A DNA stretch of 64,000 nucleotides from the NCBI GenBank assembly GCA_000146045.2, contig BK006938.2:1152001-1216000 (forward strand), read 5' to 3'. The notes beneath the pieces are model-generated. The model was not told where the DNA came from, did not search any database, and saw only the letters and a program-made list of their open reading frames with translations. Shown one piece after another: positions 10,957-22,968 of the stretch. Source of the DNA: TPA_inf: Saccharomyces. Its lineage: Eukaryota. Each line of letters starts with the position of its first letter. Positions within the stretch are counted from its first letter, which is position 1. Position numbers and translations under genes: made by a program.

Positions 10957-12660
10957 TTATTTCTTGCCGAACATTTTCTTGTAGAATGGCTGGTCATCAT
11001 GCATCAATGCATCAGCATCGTAGTTAGCACCTCTTTGAGATGTTGGAACCCATGAAGCAGACTTCCATGGTAGAACACCTTCAGCGTACATATCATTGAC
11101 TTCTTCCAAAGTCAAACCCTTAGTTTCTGGCACAAAGAAGAAAACGTAGAAGTAGGCGAAAACCATACAGCCCATGAAAACGTAACCGTAGTAGAAGTTA
11201 ATAGCACCAGTAATAAATGGAGTGAAGAAACCAATCAAGAAACCCCACAACCAATTAGCAGCTGTAGCAATAGACATAGCCTTAGACTTGACTCTCAATG
11301 GGAAAGTTTCAGAAATAACAACATAAGCAATTGGAGCCCAAGTGGTAGCAAAACAGAAAATATAGAAACAGGCAAAGACAATCATACAGTTACCAGCACC
11401 CTTGGATGAACCATTACCTTCACCATTTGGCCATAGTCTGGTGACACCAACAGAAGCGTAAACTACATAACAGCAGACCATACCAATGGCACCATATAAC
11501 AAACAGTTACGACGTCCAAAACGATCGACAGTGTACAAAGAACAACAAGTAGAGAAGAAGTTGACGACACCGAAAACAATAGAAGTTTCGAAAGAATCAC
11601 TCATACCAACAGCGTTAAAAACGGTAGTACCATAGTAGAAGAAATAGTTATCACCAGTCAATTGTTGTAGAGATTGGATCATGATACCCATCATAGTACG
11701 CTTAAACATGGCCGGCTTACCAGTGAACAACTCACCCCATGATGCTGAACCAGCAGCTCTAGCTTCTTCAACACTAGCTTCAATAACTTCCAACTCTTGT
11801 TGAATGAATGGATGGTCTGGGGCAACCTTGTTAACTTTGGAAAGAGATGCTCTTGCTTCGTCAATTTGACCAGCTTCAACCAAATAACGTGGGGATTCTG
11901 GAACGAAAGTCATACCACCGATCATAAACAAAGCCCAGGCAAAACACAAACCTAATGGAACTCTCCATTGCACAGAGTTGGAGTAGTTCTTAGTACCGAA
12001 GTTGGTACAGTAACCCAAGAAAATACCCAAGGTAATCATCAGTTGGTAACAGGAGACTAAAGTACCTCTCATTTCCTTAGGAGCGACTTCAGAAATCAAC
12101 ATAGGAGATAAAACGGCAATACCACCAACACCCAAACCGGAAATAATTCTACCGATGAAATATTGGTACCATTTGTTGATGGATGCAATTTGAATAATAA
12201 TACCGATGATGTAGATAACAACAACGACAATCAAACCCATTTTACGACCGTACATATCACCCAATTTAGCCAAAATAATACCACCAATGGCACAACCAAT
12301 GTTGAAAATGGAGACAATTAAACCAGTTCTAACCTTAGACAAATAATAACTACCATCTTTATGCTTCATACCGAATCTTCTCAAGAAATCAGTTTGGGCG
12401 ACGAAACCAGAAATGGTACCAGTATCCCAACCGAAAACGAAACCACCGAAGGCAACCATAACACAACAGATAGACACAGTGACATATGCACCTTTACCTG
12501 TATTTGGGTTGGTAAGTACTTGGTCGGCCTCAGCTTGGAAATCATCTTGAACACCTTTTTCTTCAGGCATGTTCATTACCTGAGAGCTATTCGAAGGCAG
12601 GTCAGCATTCGAATTCTCACTTGACTTTTGTGGAGATATTAAATCTGGAGTTGAATTCAT
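10957..12660 (-). CDS. HXT3: Low-affinity hexose transporter, MFS sugar porter, 567 aa.
   Basis: Complete ORF. Protein is roughly 85-90% identical to HXT6/7 across the TM core with a divergent N-terminal tail ([27 protein letters not shown]...). Length and neighbourhood match HXT3. Confidence 0.9.
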   Translation of the reverse strand: MNSTPDLISPQKSSENSNADLPSNSSQVMNMPEEKGVQDDFQAEADQVLTNPNTGKGAYVTVSICCVMVAFGGFVFGWDTGTISGFVAQTDFLRRFGMKHKDGSYYLSKVRTGLIVSIFNIGCAIGGIILAKLGDMYGRKMGLIVVVVIYIIGIIIQIASINKWYQYFIGRIISGLGVGGIAVLSPMLISEVAPKEMRGTLVSCYQLMITLGIFLGYCTNFGTKNYSNSVQWRVPLGLCFAWALFMIGGMTFVPESPRYLVEAGQIDEARASLSKVNKVAPDHPFIQQELEVIEASVEEARAAGSASWGELFTGKPAMFKRTMMGIMIQSLQQLTGDNYFFYYGTTVFNAVGMSDSFETSIVFGVVNFFSTCCSLYTVDRFGRRNCLLYGAIGMVCCYVVYASVGVTRLWPNGEGNGSSKGAGNCMIVFACFYIFCFATTWAPIAYVVISETFPLRVKSKAMSIATAANWLWGFLIGFFTPFITGAINFYYGYVFMGCMVFAYFYVFFFVPETKGLTLEEVNDMYAEGVLPWKSASWVPTSQRGANYDADALMHDDQPFYKKMFGKK

Positions 12661-12856
12661 GATTGTTTAACTCAGATGTAAATTTTGTTTGTGATTCTAT
12701 TATTTATGAAAAGCTATTAAGTAAAATTATGGAATATTCATGCTGAAGATAAAACAGCGCCTGTATTTATATGCAACCCCCAAGCGAAAAAAAACTTTGA
12801 CTTTTCTTCTCTTCTGGAGAAATTCTCTGGGGATATAGTCCCCAGATTTTTTGAGT

Positions 12857-12869
12857 GGGCCCCCAATGT
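12857..12869 (+). promoter_or_regulatory. GGGCCCCCAATGT motif in the HXT3 promoter, about 200 bp upstream of the ATG.
   Basis: Same motif family as 4296 and 9741. Confidence 0.35.
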
Positions 12870-12972
12870 CCCACATCGTTATTGAGTTGTTTCTTTCTCC
12901 AGAAGGTCGTTGTACAGTCATTATAATGGCGGTCAGTATAATGACCTCCGGAAATACCAACATCGGGGAAAG

Positions 12973-13306
12973 CGGAAAATCTGGAAAAATTCTCCACGAA
13001 GCTTTCTCTGTGATAATCCGCGACCGAGAGTTTAACCGAATCCGCGGAACGAGATATTCCGTGTTTATTGCGGTATTATATGAGCCGGACGAATCCGGAA
13101 AAACTACGTGACAGGAACGATGACCGGGCAGCAGGCGAAGCTGGAAGAATATAGCTAAGAAAATGCGCACGGAAAAAAAACACTCCCGAATTTCTCCGTG
13201 AAAAGAGCCTACTAGGGGATAATAGTAGGTATCCGTTAATATTACCGAACTATTGAAAACCTACCAAATGCAAGAAGATGCAAACGAGCTAGAATGTTCC
13301 GCGAAT
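12973..13306. promoter_or_regulatory. Cluster of at least 8 CGGANNA (Rgt1-type) motifs in the HXT3 upstream region.
   Basis: Forward matches: CGGAAAA at 12973, CGGACGA at about 13086, CGGAAAA at about 13096 and CGGAAAA at about 13170. Reverse-strand matches (TNNTCCG): TAATCCG at about 13014, TATTCCG at about 13056, TTCTCCG at about 13192 and TGTTCCG at about 13296. Density is far above the background of the neighbouring intergenic DNA. Confidence 0.6.
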
Positions 13307-14168
13307 AGCTCATCTTACAATTTTTTTCTTTTTTCAAGAAAAAGAAAGTATTTTTTTTTCCTTTCATTTCATTGCTCCTCCTCCAGGTGTTATCTCGAGA
13401 AGATGAAGGCTGTCTGCGATGACGAATAGGAAAGAAAAAATTTTCCTTAATTTTGCTTGCTTAATTCTTATACGAATAATTCTTCTTAATCAACATCGGG
13501 CTTCATATTTACCAACACGCATTATTGATTAACAATACTTGCCTTAGGTTGAAATTGGACGCCGGAAGAGAATTTATAGCTAGTCAGTGTTCTTCGGCGT
13601 AATTTTATTAATGGACATACAGTGTACTTTTCAAACTACACCGCCATTTGATATACCGGTGTAATTTTTGATGAAGTGTCAGAATTAGCCGCACAGTTAA
13701 TTGAACACTTCGCTGTAAGGTGTGGATACAGATTAGATAAGAGCATTAGGCACCACATTTCTTCAGGCTTTTCCTGATGCTGGTTTGGATATTGCCTTCA
13801 TCCCGCACCAAAGCTGGCGTCCCGCATGAGGAAAATGAAGAGTTGTAAGCAGCACTAAATTCCGAAATTAAAGGGCGGGCGGATGCCACCAGTAAAATAT
13901 TCTTGATCAATCTTTGATATTTTCAAATGATCTCCCATTGTAATCTGAGAACTGCTCTTGTTTGGCTACGTAAGGCAGTATGAGGGTTGTAGTTAGTAGT
14001 AACCCTGTCTAAGATTCCCGGTGCTATGTACTTCTCTCACAATAATACAAGTAGTGAATGTCACTTAATAAATTTTTGTAATAAAAAGTCTACAAAGTTT
14101 GTTTGTGACTTGTCGAAATTCAATTCTGTTGCTTTCATTTTTCTGTAGAGAAGAAATAATATTCCGAC

Positions 14169-14179
14169 AAAATGTAAAT
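14169..14179 (-). promoter_or_regulatory. Candidate ARS consensus sequence in the HXT3-SVF1 intergenic region.
   Basis: Plus strand reads AAAATGTAAAT. The minus strand reads ATTTACATTTT, an 11/11 match to WTTTAYRTTTW, with AT-rich 5' context TATTT and a GTC 3' flank (consensus GTT). Sequence match only. Confidence 0.3.
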
Positions 14180-15213
14180 AAATATGCTAAAGTGGGTTAC
14201 GACAAATTTCTTGAGAGCCATTGATTTTTGCTATAGAGGCATGAAAGCATACTGCACACACATCCAATACTTAACTTTGGCAAATGAGGAGCCTAATTAC
14301 AGAGATAACTTCAAACTACATAAAGAACCAAGATACTAGTTAATGGAACGCCTAGACGATCATGCTTAACTGAACGAAAAGTAACTAATGAAATACAAGT
14401 CTCTTTTCGCCGAAATTTGAATTTAACAAGTCTAGTATACCCATTGTTAGTGCATTTCTCCGTGTTTTGAGACGCTTTTTTTACATGCTTCTAAATAAAG
14501 GCATCATCCATGCTCGGCAGCCGTAGAAAATCATTAGCCCCTAACTTCCAAAAATAGACTGCGCGCTACGTGAGACGCTTACTTCAGCTGTAGTATCCTA
14601 ACGTGAAGGTTTTTTTAATTTACCCCATAAGGATCGCGTCAATAGGATCGTTTCCATTTTCCGACTTTGCAGATTAGATGGATCCCTAAAACGAAGTGCA
14701 TAGTTGCGGTATTTTGTATTTGAGCCATTTAAAATAGTCTGGAAGGTTTTCTTTTTGATTAAATACATTTGGTGTTTCATTAAACCTGGAACAATACATA
14801 TGATCACTTCATCCCGATAAATACCAAGCCCCAGGAACGTACTTACTCCTACCAGCACCTGTATTATAACCTTTTCTGAGAGTTCTTTTGTTTTGCTTGC
14901 AAGGGTATATTTCGCAGATATCCACGAAAACTTTATTCATTTGCTCAGGCTATATTACATTATATATATATATGTATGGATACATAAGAAAAATGAGATG
15001 AATAAAAACGACAACTATTTATTATGGCAACATTGTTTACTGTGGCTATTTCTCGCATCACTCTTATTTTGAACAATAGTATCGATTATGTGACGCAACA
15101 ATTAAAAAGGGGTATAACGATAACTTGCTATAATTATTAAAATTTGCAATATTAGATTTGTGTAGTATTAAATCACAGATAGGAAAAAGCATACGAGACC
15201 TTCCCACTTTTGC

Positions 15214-16659
15214 TCATGCTTCATTGTAAGACTCCTCACTAATCACATCTGATTCAGAAATGAATGTTACTTCGGTCCAAGCTACACCGTGAATTTTCTC
15301 CCCGCCATTTATTTGTAAAGTTGAGCTTTTTGGATCAGCATATTGGTATATAAATGGCTTAGTACCAGCAACACCAGAGACGATGTTTTTAACAAAACTT
15401 GGAATTTCGCCCATCACATCAATTCTTTCAACTAGGTTGTTCAACGGACCCTCCACAACAGCACAGATCTTATTTTCTTCTGCGACGTTCTTGTATTCTT
15501 CTTCCTCTTCATCTTCCTTTTCATCTTCCTTTTCATCCTCTCCTTGTAAAGCTTGTTCAGTCCCATTCTCGGATTCCAATTGTTCATCCTTGACTTTGGT
15601 ATTGATACCTTTGAAGGTGATCTTAATATCTTTTGGAACTTTCCAACCAACAGAATCAATTTCTGAGTTTAAGTGCTCAACAAGATTGTTAGTTGTCATC
15701 GCTAAAACTTCTTTATCATCGGTAATAATACCAGCAGAAATTTTAGTGTTGGCATATGATTTTGGTGTAGTGAACTCCATCAACACCGCGGAATACTTTT
15801 CGGAATGGAAAAACATGAAGTTCCATGCCTTAGCTGCGTGATGAGGCTTCATGCCTTGGAAGGCCATTATAAATGTCGAAATCGCAGGGTCTTCCTCTTT
15901 AAAAGTAATCGTACGATCTTCATAGGTGATTTCGACTTCTTCACTGTCGCTTTCTTCTTCACTACCAGATTCCTCCTCAGAATCACCAGACTCTTCATCT
16001 TCGTCTTCATTATCATCCTCATCAGCTGAGGATTCTTCTTCATCAGATTCTGGAATAACTTCTTTCTTAACTTTGATAGTACCGTGACAAGCATTCCTTG
16101 GCCAGAAAACGTGTCTCATGCTACCCCATGGTTCATTGATATTGTTACCATAATAAGTCGCAGGATCATCGCCTATCTTGGCTCCAGGGGTTAACCTTCT
16201 TATATGCAAGTCAACGACAGATAAATCACAAACACTGGATTGAATGTGATAGCTTTCACCGTCTTCACTTAATTCTACAGAAAGATTGTCGGCATAGAAG
16301 TTTGGACCTTCGATGTAAAAATTTTCCAACTTGGTGGAAGTCCAGATATTCAAATCCTCTGGATTCTTCGAGTCAAAAATTCTGAAAGTAAATTGGGATG
16401 CAGTGTGCAACCCAATGATGTTCGAATGAATAACCTGGGCAAATCCAAAGATACCTGTTTTCAAGTCACTGAAATAAAAGATAACCGATTCAACGTTTGT
16501 ATGGTCAGGAGCTTGCCAAAAAAAATCTTCACGACTGGTTTCTCTGTAAGGCTGCTTATTTTTTACCCTATCAGCAACACTATGAATGTAATCTTTCCCA
16601 TATTCAGGCTCAGCCATACCAGTGACTGCTGAGATCCCACCTTTTATCCACTTCAACAT
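15214..16659 (-). CDS. SVF1: Survival factor Svf1 family protein, 481 aa, with a long acidic Asp/Glu/Ser tract.
   Basis: Complete ORF of 481 aa. The internal low-complexity acidic block is DEEESSADEDDNEDEDEESGDSEEESGSEEESDSEE. Length and position fit SVF1 (YDR346C). Confidence 0.85.
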   Translation of the reverse strand: MLKWIKGGISAVTGMAEPEYGKDYIHSVADRVKNKQPYRETSREDFFWQAPDHTNVESVIFYFSDLKTGIFGFAQVIHSNIIGLHTASQFTFRIFDSKNPEDLNIWTSTKLENFYIEGPNFYADNLSVELSEDGESYHIQSSVCDLSVVDLHIRRLTPGAKIGDDPATYYGNNINEPWGSMRHVFWPRNACHGTIKVKKEVIPESDEEESSADEDDNEDEDEESGDSEEESGSEEESDSEEVEITYEDRTITFKEEDPAISTFIMAFQGMKPHHAAKAWNFMFFHSEKYSAVLMEFTTPKSYANTKISAGIITDDKEVLAMTTNNLVEHLNSEIDSVGWKVPKDIKITFKGINTKVKDEQLESENGTEQALQGEDEKEDEKEDEEEEEYKNVAEENKICAVVEGPLNNLVERIDVMGEIPSFVKNIVSGVAGTKPFIYQYADPKSSTLQINGGEKIHGVAWTEVTFISESDVISEESYNEA

Positions 16660-17147
16660 TATATTATATTATACAAAAGCTTATTCGTTTCTTTTTTCTT
16701 GATTCGATGCAATAAATGACTGAATCTTTTGATCTTCTACAGATTTCAAATTATCAAACGAATACAAAAGAATTCTATCAACAGGCTCTATCTATATATA
16801 ACAAACGAAAAGCCGTGCTATTCGTGAATCTCAAGGAGTAATCTTGCAAGATATCCCCGAATGTTTCAATCAACCAGCTGTCATTTCGCTTTTGTTTTCT
16901 CCCACTCATCGCAAGTTTGCCTCCTCAACAACAAAAAAACAACGAAAAAAAGCGGTACTAAACCGGACCTGAAGTTCCGTGGAAAGTGAGATTTATATTA
17001 TGCAGGATTTTGCTCAGATTCTCTCAAGAGCAATATCATAATGCATAAGTGATGAAAAGTATGGCAGAAACGGTGGGAGGAACCGCAGTTTTAGCTAGGA
17101 TCTGGAAACAATCAGTGATTTGCCATTTAACAGCTGGGGGAATCTAA

Positions 17148-18143
<996 letters not shown>

Positions 18144-18325
18144 ATGAAACTGGTAATGGGAATTTTTTCCTTTTGATATAAGTTGGTAGTCTCTGTAAAT
18201 ATATAAAGTCAAACTATTCGTAATGTGTATATAACGTGGTCTTAAATTATTTTTATTCGTATCTCTCCCTTTTATTTGCCTGGCTTTGGTGTCTCATAGC
18301 TTCTTTTCTCTCTTTTAAGCTCACT

Positions 18326-19825
18326 TTACTGACTTTTCCTGCCGACCTTTAGACTTTTTACTCTGCTCAGTAATTTGCTGCCCGTCGATTTCTTTTTCAT
18401 ATTGGGCTCATTGTAGCGCACACCCAAATAAACGTCTTCCTCATCTTCATTGTGATCATCTTGGCCGTCGAAATCAGTAGTATAATTGGACTTATGCGTT
18501 CTGTTAGGAGAATTAACGGTTTTCGACCTTCTAACACCTTCATTGCTGTGACCAACATCATAGTTGTCTCTACTTAAACTCAAGTTTCTTCTAACGCCTG
18601 TCATGGGGGCATTGCTATCACCGGATCCTCCGAGACCTAATCGTTGAGAAAGTGACTTATTTCTTTGTAAACCACCGTTACGATTATGATAGGAATGGGC
18701 TTTTATGTCGTTTCTAATGGCAGCTGAGGAGGCCGGCGCCCCATCTAAAAACGTACTAGAACCTAATCCCGCAGTAACTGGCCCATGAACCAATTCTGTC
18801 TTATTTTTGGCATCCATTTGTTGGACGTTACCCACGTTTGCTTTTATTGCGTCCTGCGTATCACCACCTCTCCTTAGAGTCTGCGAACTGTACTGGTATA
18901 TATCAGAATCATCTGTATCATCTCTCCCAAAAACCTCATCCAGGGCAGACTTCTTGGTTGAAGCGCCACCGATGGTACTGTTTGGACCATCGACCGGAAA
19001 TGCTAAAACAGGCGCAGCTTTGTTATTTTTATTTCTATGAGGTGTTACTGCATCGAATGGGCCGTCATGATGAAATGAGCCACCGAACAATCCAGTTACA
19101 TCTAACTTATCGATAGTATCGACGTTCTTAGGAACAATAACCTTACTTTTTCTCTTTCCCTTCTTAGAAGGCGTTGAAGATGAGGAAGCTTCACGGTGAT
19201 GGTGGGATGAAGATCTGCGTGAAATATATGTGCCGCTGTTGCTATGTTCGCGGTGAGAAGAAGGACGAGAAACCTTTTCCTTTGGATATGCACGCCTTGA
19301 TCCATTGGTTGAAGTGATCTCTTCGTATGAGGGTGGTAGGTCAGTGTTTTCTCTTGTGTTACCTACTGTACTTACGTCACTTTCCTCCAAATATCTTTGC
19401 CTTAATTGTTCTTTTTCTTCTTTAGCAGTGGGATGATTTTTATTCCTTGAAACAGGTGGGGGAGACCTTCTAAAATCGGTTGCAGAACTCACATCGTCTA
19501 GGAAAGGATTCTTTGAGGAAAGAGGTCTCGAAGGTGGTGATAAACTACCACTACTAAAGCTCTCCAAACCAGAATAAAAAGCACCCTGCTGATCTGCGTT
19601 TCGCTGGGGTTCATCCTCTGGAATGTTTGGGAATGATAATTGTGAAGAAGTTCTTGTGTTCAATTGTGGCATATCAAATGAATTGGTACGAGATTGGTTT
19701 TTCGCCCACTCCTGAAACTGGGAGTCATTTTTATACTGATTAATACTTGAATCAACTGTGGCATTTCTAAACGGGTTATTAACAGAAAATGGCCTACTAG
19801 AGGTACTACTGTTTCTATTCTCCAT
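18326..19825 (-). CDS. PAL1: Ser/Asn-rich low-complexity protein of 499 aa, involved in endocytosis and cell shape.
   Basis: Complete ORF of 499 aa, MENRNSSTSSRPFSVNNPF... Size and position match PAL1 (YDR348C). Confidence 0.8.
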   Translation of the reverse strand: MENRNSSTSSRPFSVNNPFRNATVDSSINQYKNDSQFQEWAKNQSRTNSFDMPQLNTRTSSQLSFPNIPEDEPQRNADQQGAFYSGLESFSSGSLSPPSRPLSSKNPFLDDVSSATDFRRSPPPVSRNKNHPTAKEEKEQLRQRYLEESDVSTVGNTRENTDLPPSYEEITSTNGSRRAYPKEKVSRPSSHREHSNSGTYISRRSSSHHHREASSSSTPSKKGKRKSKVIVPKNVDTIDKLDVTGLFGGSFHHDGPFDAVTPHRNKNNKAAPVLAFPVDGPNSTIGGASTKKSALDEVFGRDDTDDSDIYQYSSQTLRRGGDTQDAIKANVGNVQQMDAKNKTELVHGPVTAGLGSSTFLDGAPASSAAIRNDIKAHSYHNRNGGLQRNKSLSQRLGLGGSGDSNAPMTGVRRNLSLSRDNYDVGHSNEGVRRSKTVNSPNRTHKSNYTTDFDGQDDHNEDEEDVYLGVRYNEPNMKKKSTGSKLLSRVKSLKVGRKSQ

Positions 19826-20385
19826 GCTAAATCTTGCGTATATGTATCAATTTTTCTAAAAATGGAAAATGCTGGCAAAGTGTAATGGAACCTACAATGT
19901 ATCAACAATTAAGCAGTCGAAGATTATGGTAAAATGACGTTACGTGTTCGAAGGGATAGGTCTGCAAAACACTTAAATTCCTCGAATAAAAATAACAATA
20001 AAAAGAGCGAGGTAGATCGGATATATTTCGGATTCTACACACTATAAAATACAAATTAGAAATTTTACAGAGTTACCTCCCAAGAAAGAGTATCTTCATT
20101 TTCTAGTGAATAACCTATCGCCAGTCACCATGATCTGCTGTTGAACCAACCTCGAGGCGGGAAAAAAAACAAAAAAAAAAGTAACGCGATTTACGCTCCG
20201 TGCACGACGATTCTTTGAGATGGCTGCCAATGGTTGATCACAAGTACTAGCTTCTACACAACTGGATAAGAATGACGCATATATACTTTTAAGTATGTTG
20301 TTATTAAATCTGCTATATAATGATGTTATACGTGCATTGGTCAAGGAGAAAAAGGTTTTATGTTATGAACTTTTGTTAAAACCAT

Positions 20386-22176
20386 TCAAAGAACAATAAG
20401 TATCGAGAATATCGAAAGTAGTAGCAAGGAAGCTATACGAGTTACATGTCCAGCTGGATCTTTGTTAAATGTATAAGGACTGCTCAATCGAACGCCTGCT
20501 CCCGAAGCACTGCTGGTTCTATTAGTTGAATTTGACCACTCTTCTGAGGCTGACACAGAAAAGCTGTCGAATTGAGTACTGGATGGTCTAGCACTTGTGC
20601 TTGCTCTTGAAGTATCATAGAATGACCGGCCCGCACCTGTAATCACACCGTTTGAGTATGCTGCTGTCAGTTGACCTGGGACAGTGAACATATAGCCTGA
20701 CCTATAGGATGGATAAAGAGTCAAGTTTCTTGTATTACTACTATTCATCACTTTTGCGTAAGGAATGTAACCAGATTTGATCTTCTTGATGATAGTGGAC
20801 GCGGTAGTTTCATTTGTCTCTTCAGTAACTGCGTCATCTTCAACCTTCTTTGCCTGTGCAATGGCTATAGTGTTATCCTCTAAGTCCATTGCCATATATA
20901 TATTTTTTATGAAGGCTTCTCCGAGTATGTTTACTCCAGTATTTGTATTAGCGTATAGTGTTAGAAAACAAGCTTCCTGTCCAGAACTGAAAAACATTGA
21001 AGAATTGGTGGATGTATCGTAAGTAGATGATAATAAATCACGTAGGGGTATTTCAATTGTCAATTCTCGAAGCCTGAAACCCAAGGAGACACCCATATCT
21101 GCTATAGAACATTGGACTAGCCACCTATCTAGTGATTCCACATAAGTGGCCGCAATTTGAACGGCAATCTGAATAATGGTACTAGTTGGCAGGTAACTGA
21201 CCGAAGAAGTTGAATCAAGTAAGGCTGGGCTCAGAAAGTCCTTCGAAGTCATATTCAAACTTTGTCCGCTGTTAGACACAATATAAATAGGGCCTAATGG
21301 CACAATTGGGTACCCAACACTAACAGCATTACTCACTGGGTCAACGTAAGGAATTAAGTCAAATTTTCCCAGTGTACCGGTAAACAGCGAAGGATCCACC
21401 CCTCCAAGAAGTAGCTTCCCACAATTAGATATTGGATCTCTATATGTTTTGTACGTGGAAGTGTCTCCAGCCAACCACAGTGAATATGACGAACTTTCAA
21501 TGATATCTGCATCTTTCAATAAGGATAGAAAATAAGACTGTTCTGTGTATTGTGAGCTATCGATAGCATTGCCTGGGTTTGTGACCTTCCCGCTTAAACC
21601 TAACAAGCCTGAAGTCTTAAAGTTCGAGGACTGAATATCAAAGAAGGAAACGTTTGAAATGGATAGGCTCCCCGAGTTAAATTGTACGTTATCTCGAGTT
21701 ACCATTAAATCGGTTATCAAAGCGGTCGAGGAATTTTCTGAGGAAACATTTGTAAAATTCATATCGTCTGTCACCAAAGTACAGTTAACAGCTCTACCAT
21801 CAATGAAAGAAATCTCATATATTTGGCCAGGAGAAACAGGAACAGATGATGTAGAGTCATTCATGAGGTAGCTGGGATGCTTATGATATACACCGGAGTA
21901 TTCGTTATGACTTTCGCTTGTTCCGGAAACCAGATTTATGTACGGTTGGATAATATCCACTAGCAAACGTTGGCGTTGACCGGGAGTGCCAAATGTGCTA
22001 TTAACATAGTAGTTTCCTCTACCATCTTTACCCACGGCTAGTACAGGAAACGGCTCCTCCGTTGACGAAGAGGTTCCAGACTTTGCTGTAGTTGTTGTAT
22101 TTGCAGTACTAGCCGTTGCAAACTCTAACTGAAAAGTTGATATGAGCCACAGATACCATAAAATTAGGCATGTCAT
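20386..22176 (-). CDS. YPS7: GPI-anchored yapsin-family aspartic protease homolog, 596 aa from the second Met.
   Basis: ORF-track ORF is 605 aa. It has an N-terminal signal/TM sequence, a Ser/Thr-rich region and a C-terminal hydrophobic GPI-type tail (LLLLSIFSILIVL). The internal Met (MTCLILWYL) gives the 596 aa I recall for YPS7. Confidence 0.75.
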   Translation of the reverse strand: MTCLILWYLWLISTFQLEFATASTANTTTTAKSGTSSSTEEPFPVLAVGKDGRGNYYVNSTFGTPGQRQRLLVDIIQPYINLVSGTSESHNEYSGVYHKHPSYLMNDSTSSVPVSPGQIYEISFIDGRAVNCTLVTDDMNFTNVSSENSSTALITDLMVTRDNVQFNSGSLSISNVSFFDIQSSNFKTSGLLGLSGKVTNPGNAIDSSQYTEQSYFLSLLKDADIIESSSYSLWLAGDTSTYKTYRDPISNCGKLLLGGVDPSLFTGTLGKFDLIPYVDPVSNAVSVGYPIVPLGPIYIVSNSGQSLNMTSKDFLSPALLDSTSSVSYLPTSTIIQIAVQIAATYVESLDRWLVQCSIADMGVSLGFRLRELTIEIPLRDLLSSTYDTSTNSSMFFSSGQEACFLTLYANTNTGVNILGEAFIKNIYMAMDLEDNTIAIAQAKKVEDDAVTEETNETTASTIIKKIKSGYIPYAKVMNSSNTRNLTLYPSYRSGYMFTVPGQLTAAYSNGVITGAGRSFYDTSRASTSARPSSTQFDSFSVSASEEWSNSTNRTSSASGAGVRLSSPYTFNKDPAGHVTRIASLLLLSIFSILIVL

Positions 22177-22585
22177 AGCAAAAATCAACGGCAAATAAAG
22201 CAAGCACGCAGTTACGATACGTTCAAAGATCTTTCCAAGTTCTGTATCCTTCTAGAACGATTAGTCTAATGCAACTGATATGTCCAACATTCTAAATATA
22301 ACTTATTTTGGTATTAGCTGCATCATTCTACCATGATGAGCTGCGGCGTTCAATATCTCATTTTTTTTTGTTCGGGGTAACGAGGTTCATTGTTGCAAAT
22401 AGCACGACCAAACGAGCGGTATGATACAAAGCACTGCAAGTCATAGCTGAGGTAAAAAAAAAAAGAATGAAGATCTCATTGTTTGGGTTAAATTACTTTC
22501 AAGAGCCTCTTTTTTAGGCTCGGTTGGTTAAAAGAGCAAGAACCGAAACACTAGTGCATCAATTTTTATAACAATTTTGTAATTA

Positions 22586-22845
22586 TGTTGATAATTGGCA
22601 GTAAAGTTACAAAATACACACTAATTAAAATATTGAACACTTACAATATAAAGCTGATATCAAAATAAATATCGAACAATAAATACAACTCTCTCCAATA
22701 TCAATATACTGCCGTCGTTATTTAAAAAATTAGCCCACCTGGGAACATTATAGAAAGAGATTTGTTTTTTGGTCTGGCAATGTGTCATAATCAAGCTCTT
22801 TGCAATATACATCCCCAACTCATATATTTGTATACAGGAAGAAGA
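22586..22845 (+). repeat. LTR-like fragment of uncertain family (possibly a tau or delta relic), starting with TGTTG.
   Basis: Starts with TGTTG and is AT-rich and non-coding. It abuts a degenerate delta and lies in the LTR cluster upstream of tRNA-Met. Family assignment was not verifiable without alignment. Confidence 0.3.
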
Positions 22846-22968
22846 ATCGACCACCATCTATCGACTAGCATATTATCATATACGGTGTAAAAAGATGACA
22901 TAAAAGATGAGAAACAGGGTAATCCCAACAATTGTCTCAATATTTACCTATTTCTCACATTGTCACCG
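22846..22968 (+). repeat. Degenerate, internally deleted delta (Ty1/Ty2 LTR) fragment.
   Basis: GGAAGAAGAATCGACCACCATCTATCGACTAGCATATTATCATATACGGTG aligns to the delta 5' end. ...GGTAATCCCAACAATTGTCTCAATATTTACCTATTTCTCA aligns to the delta 3' end. The middle of the LTR is missing. Confidence 0.6.
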
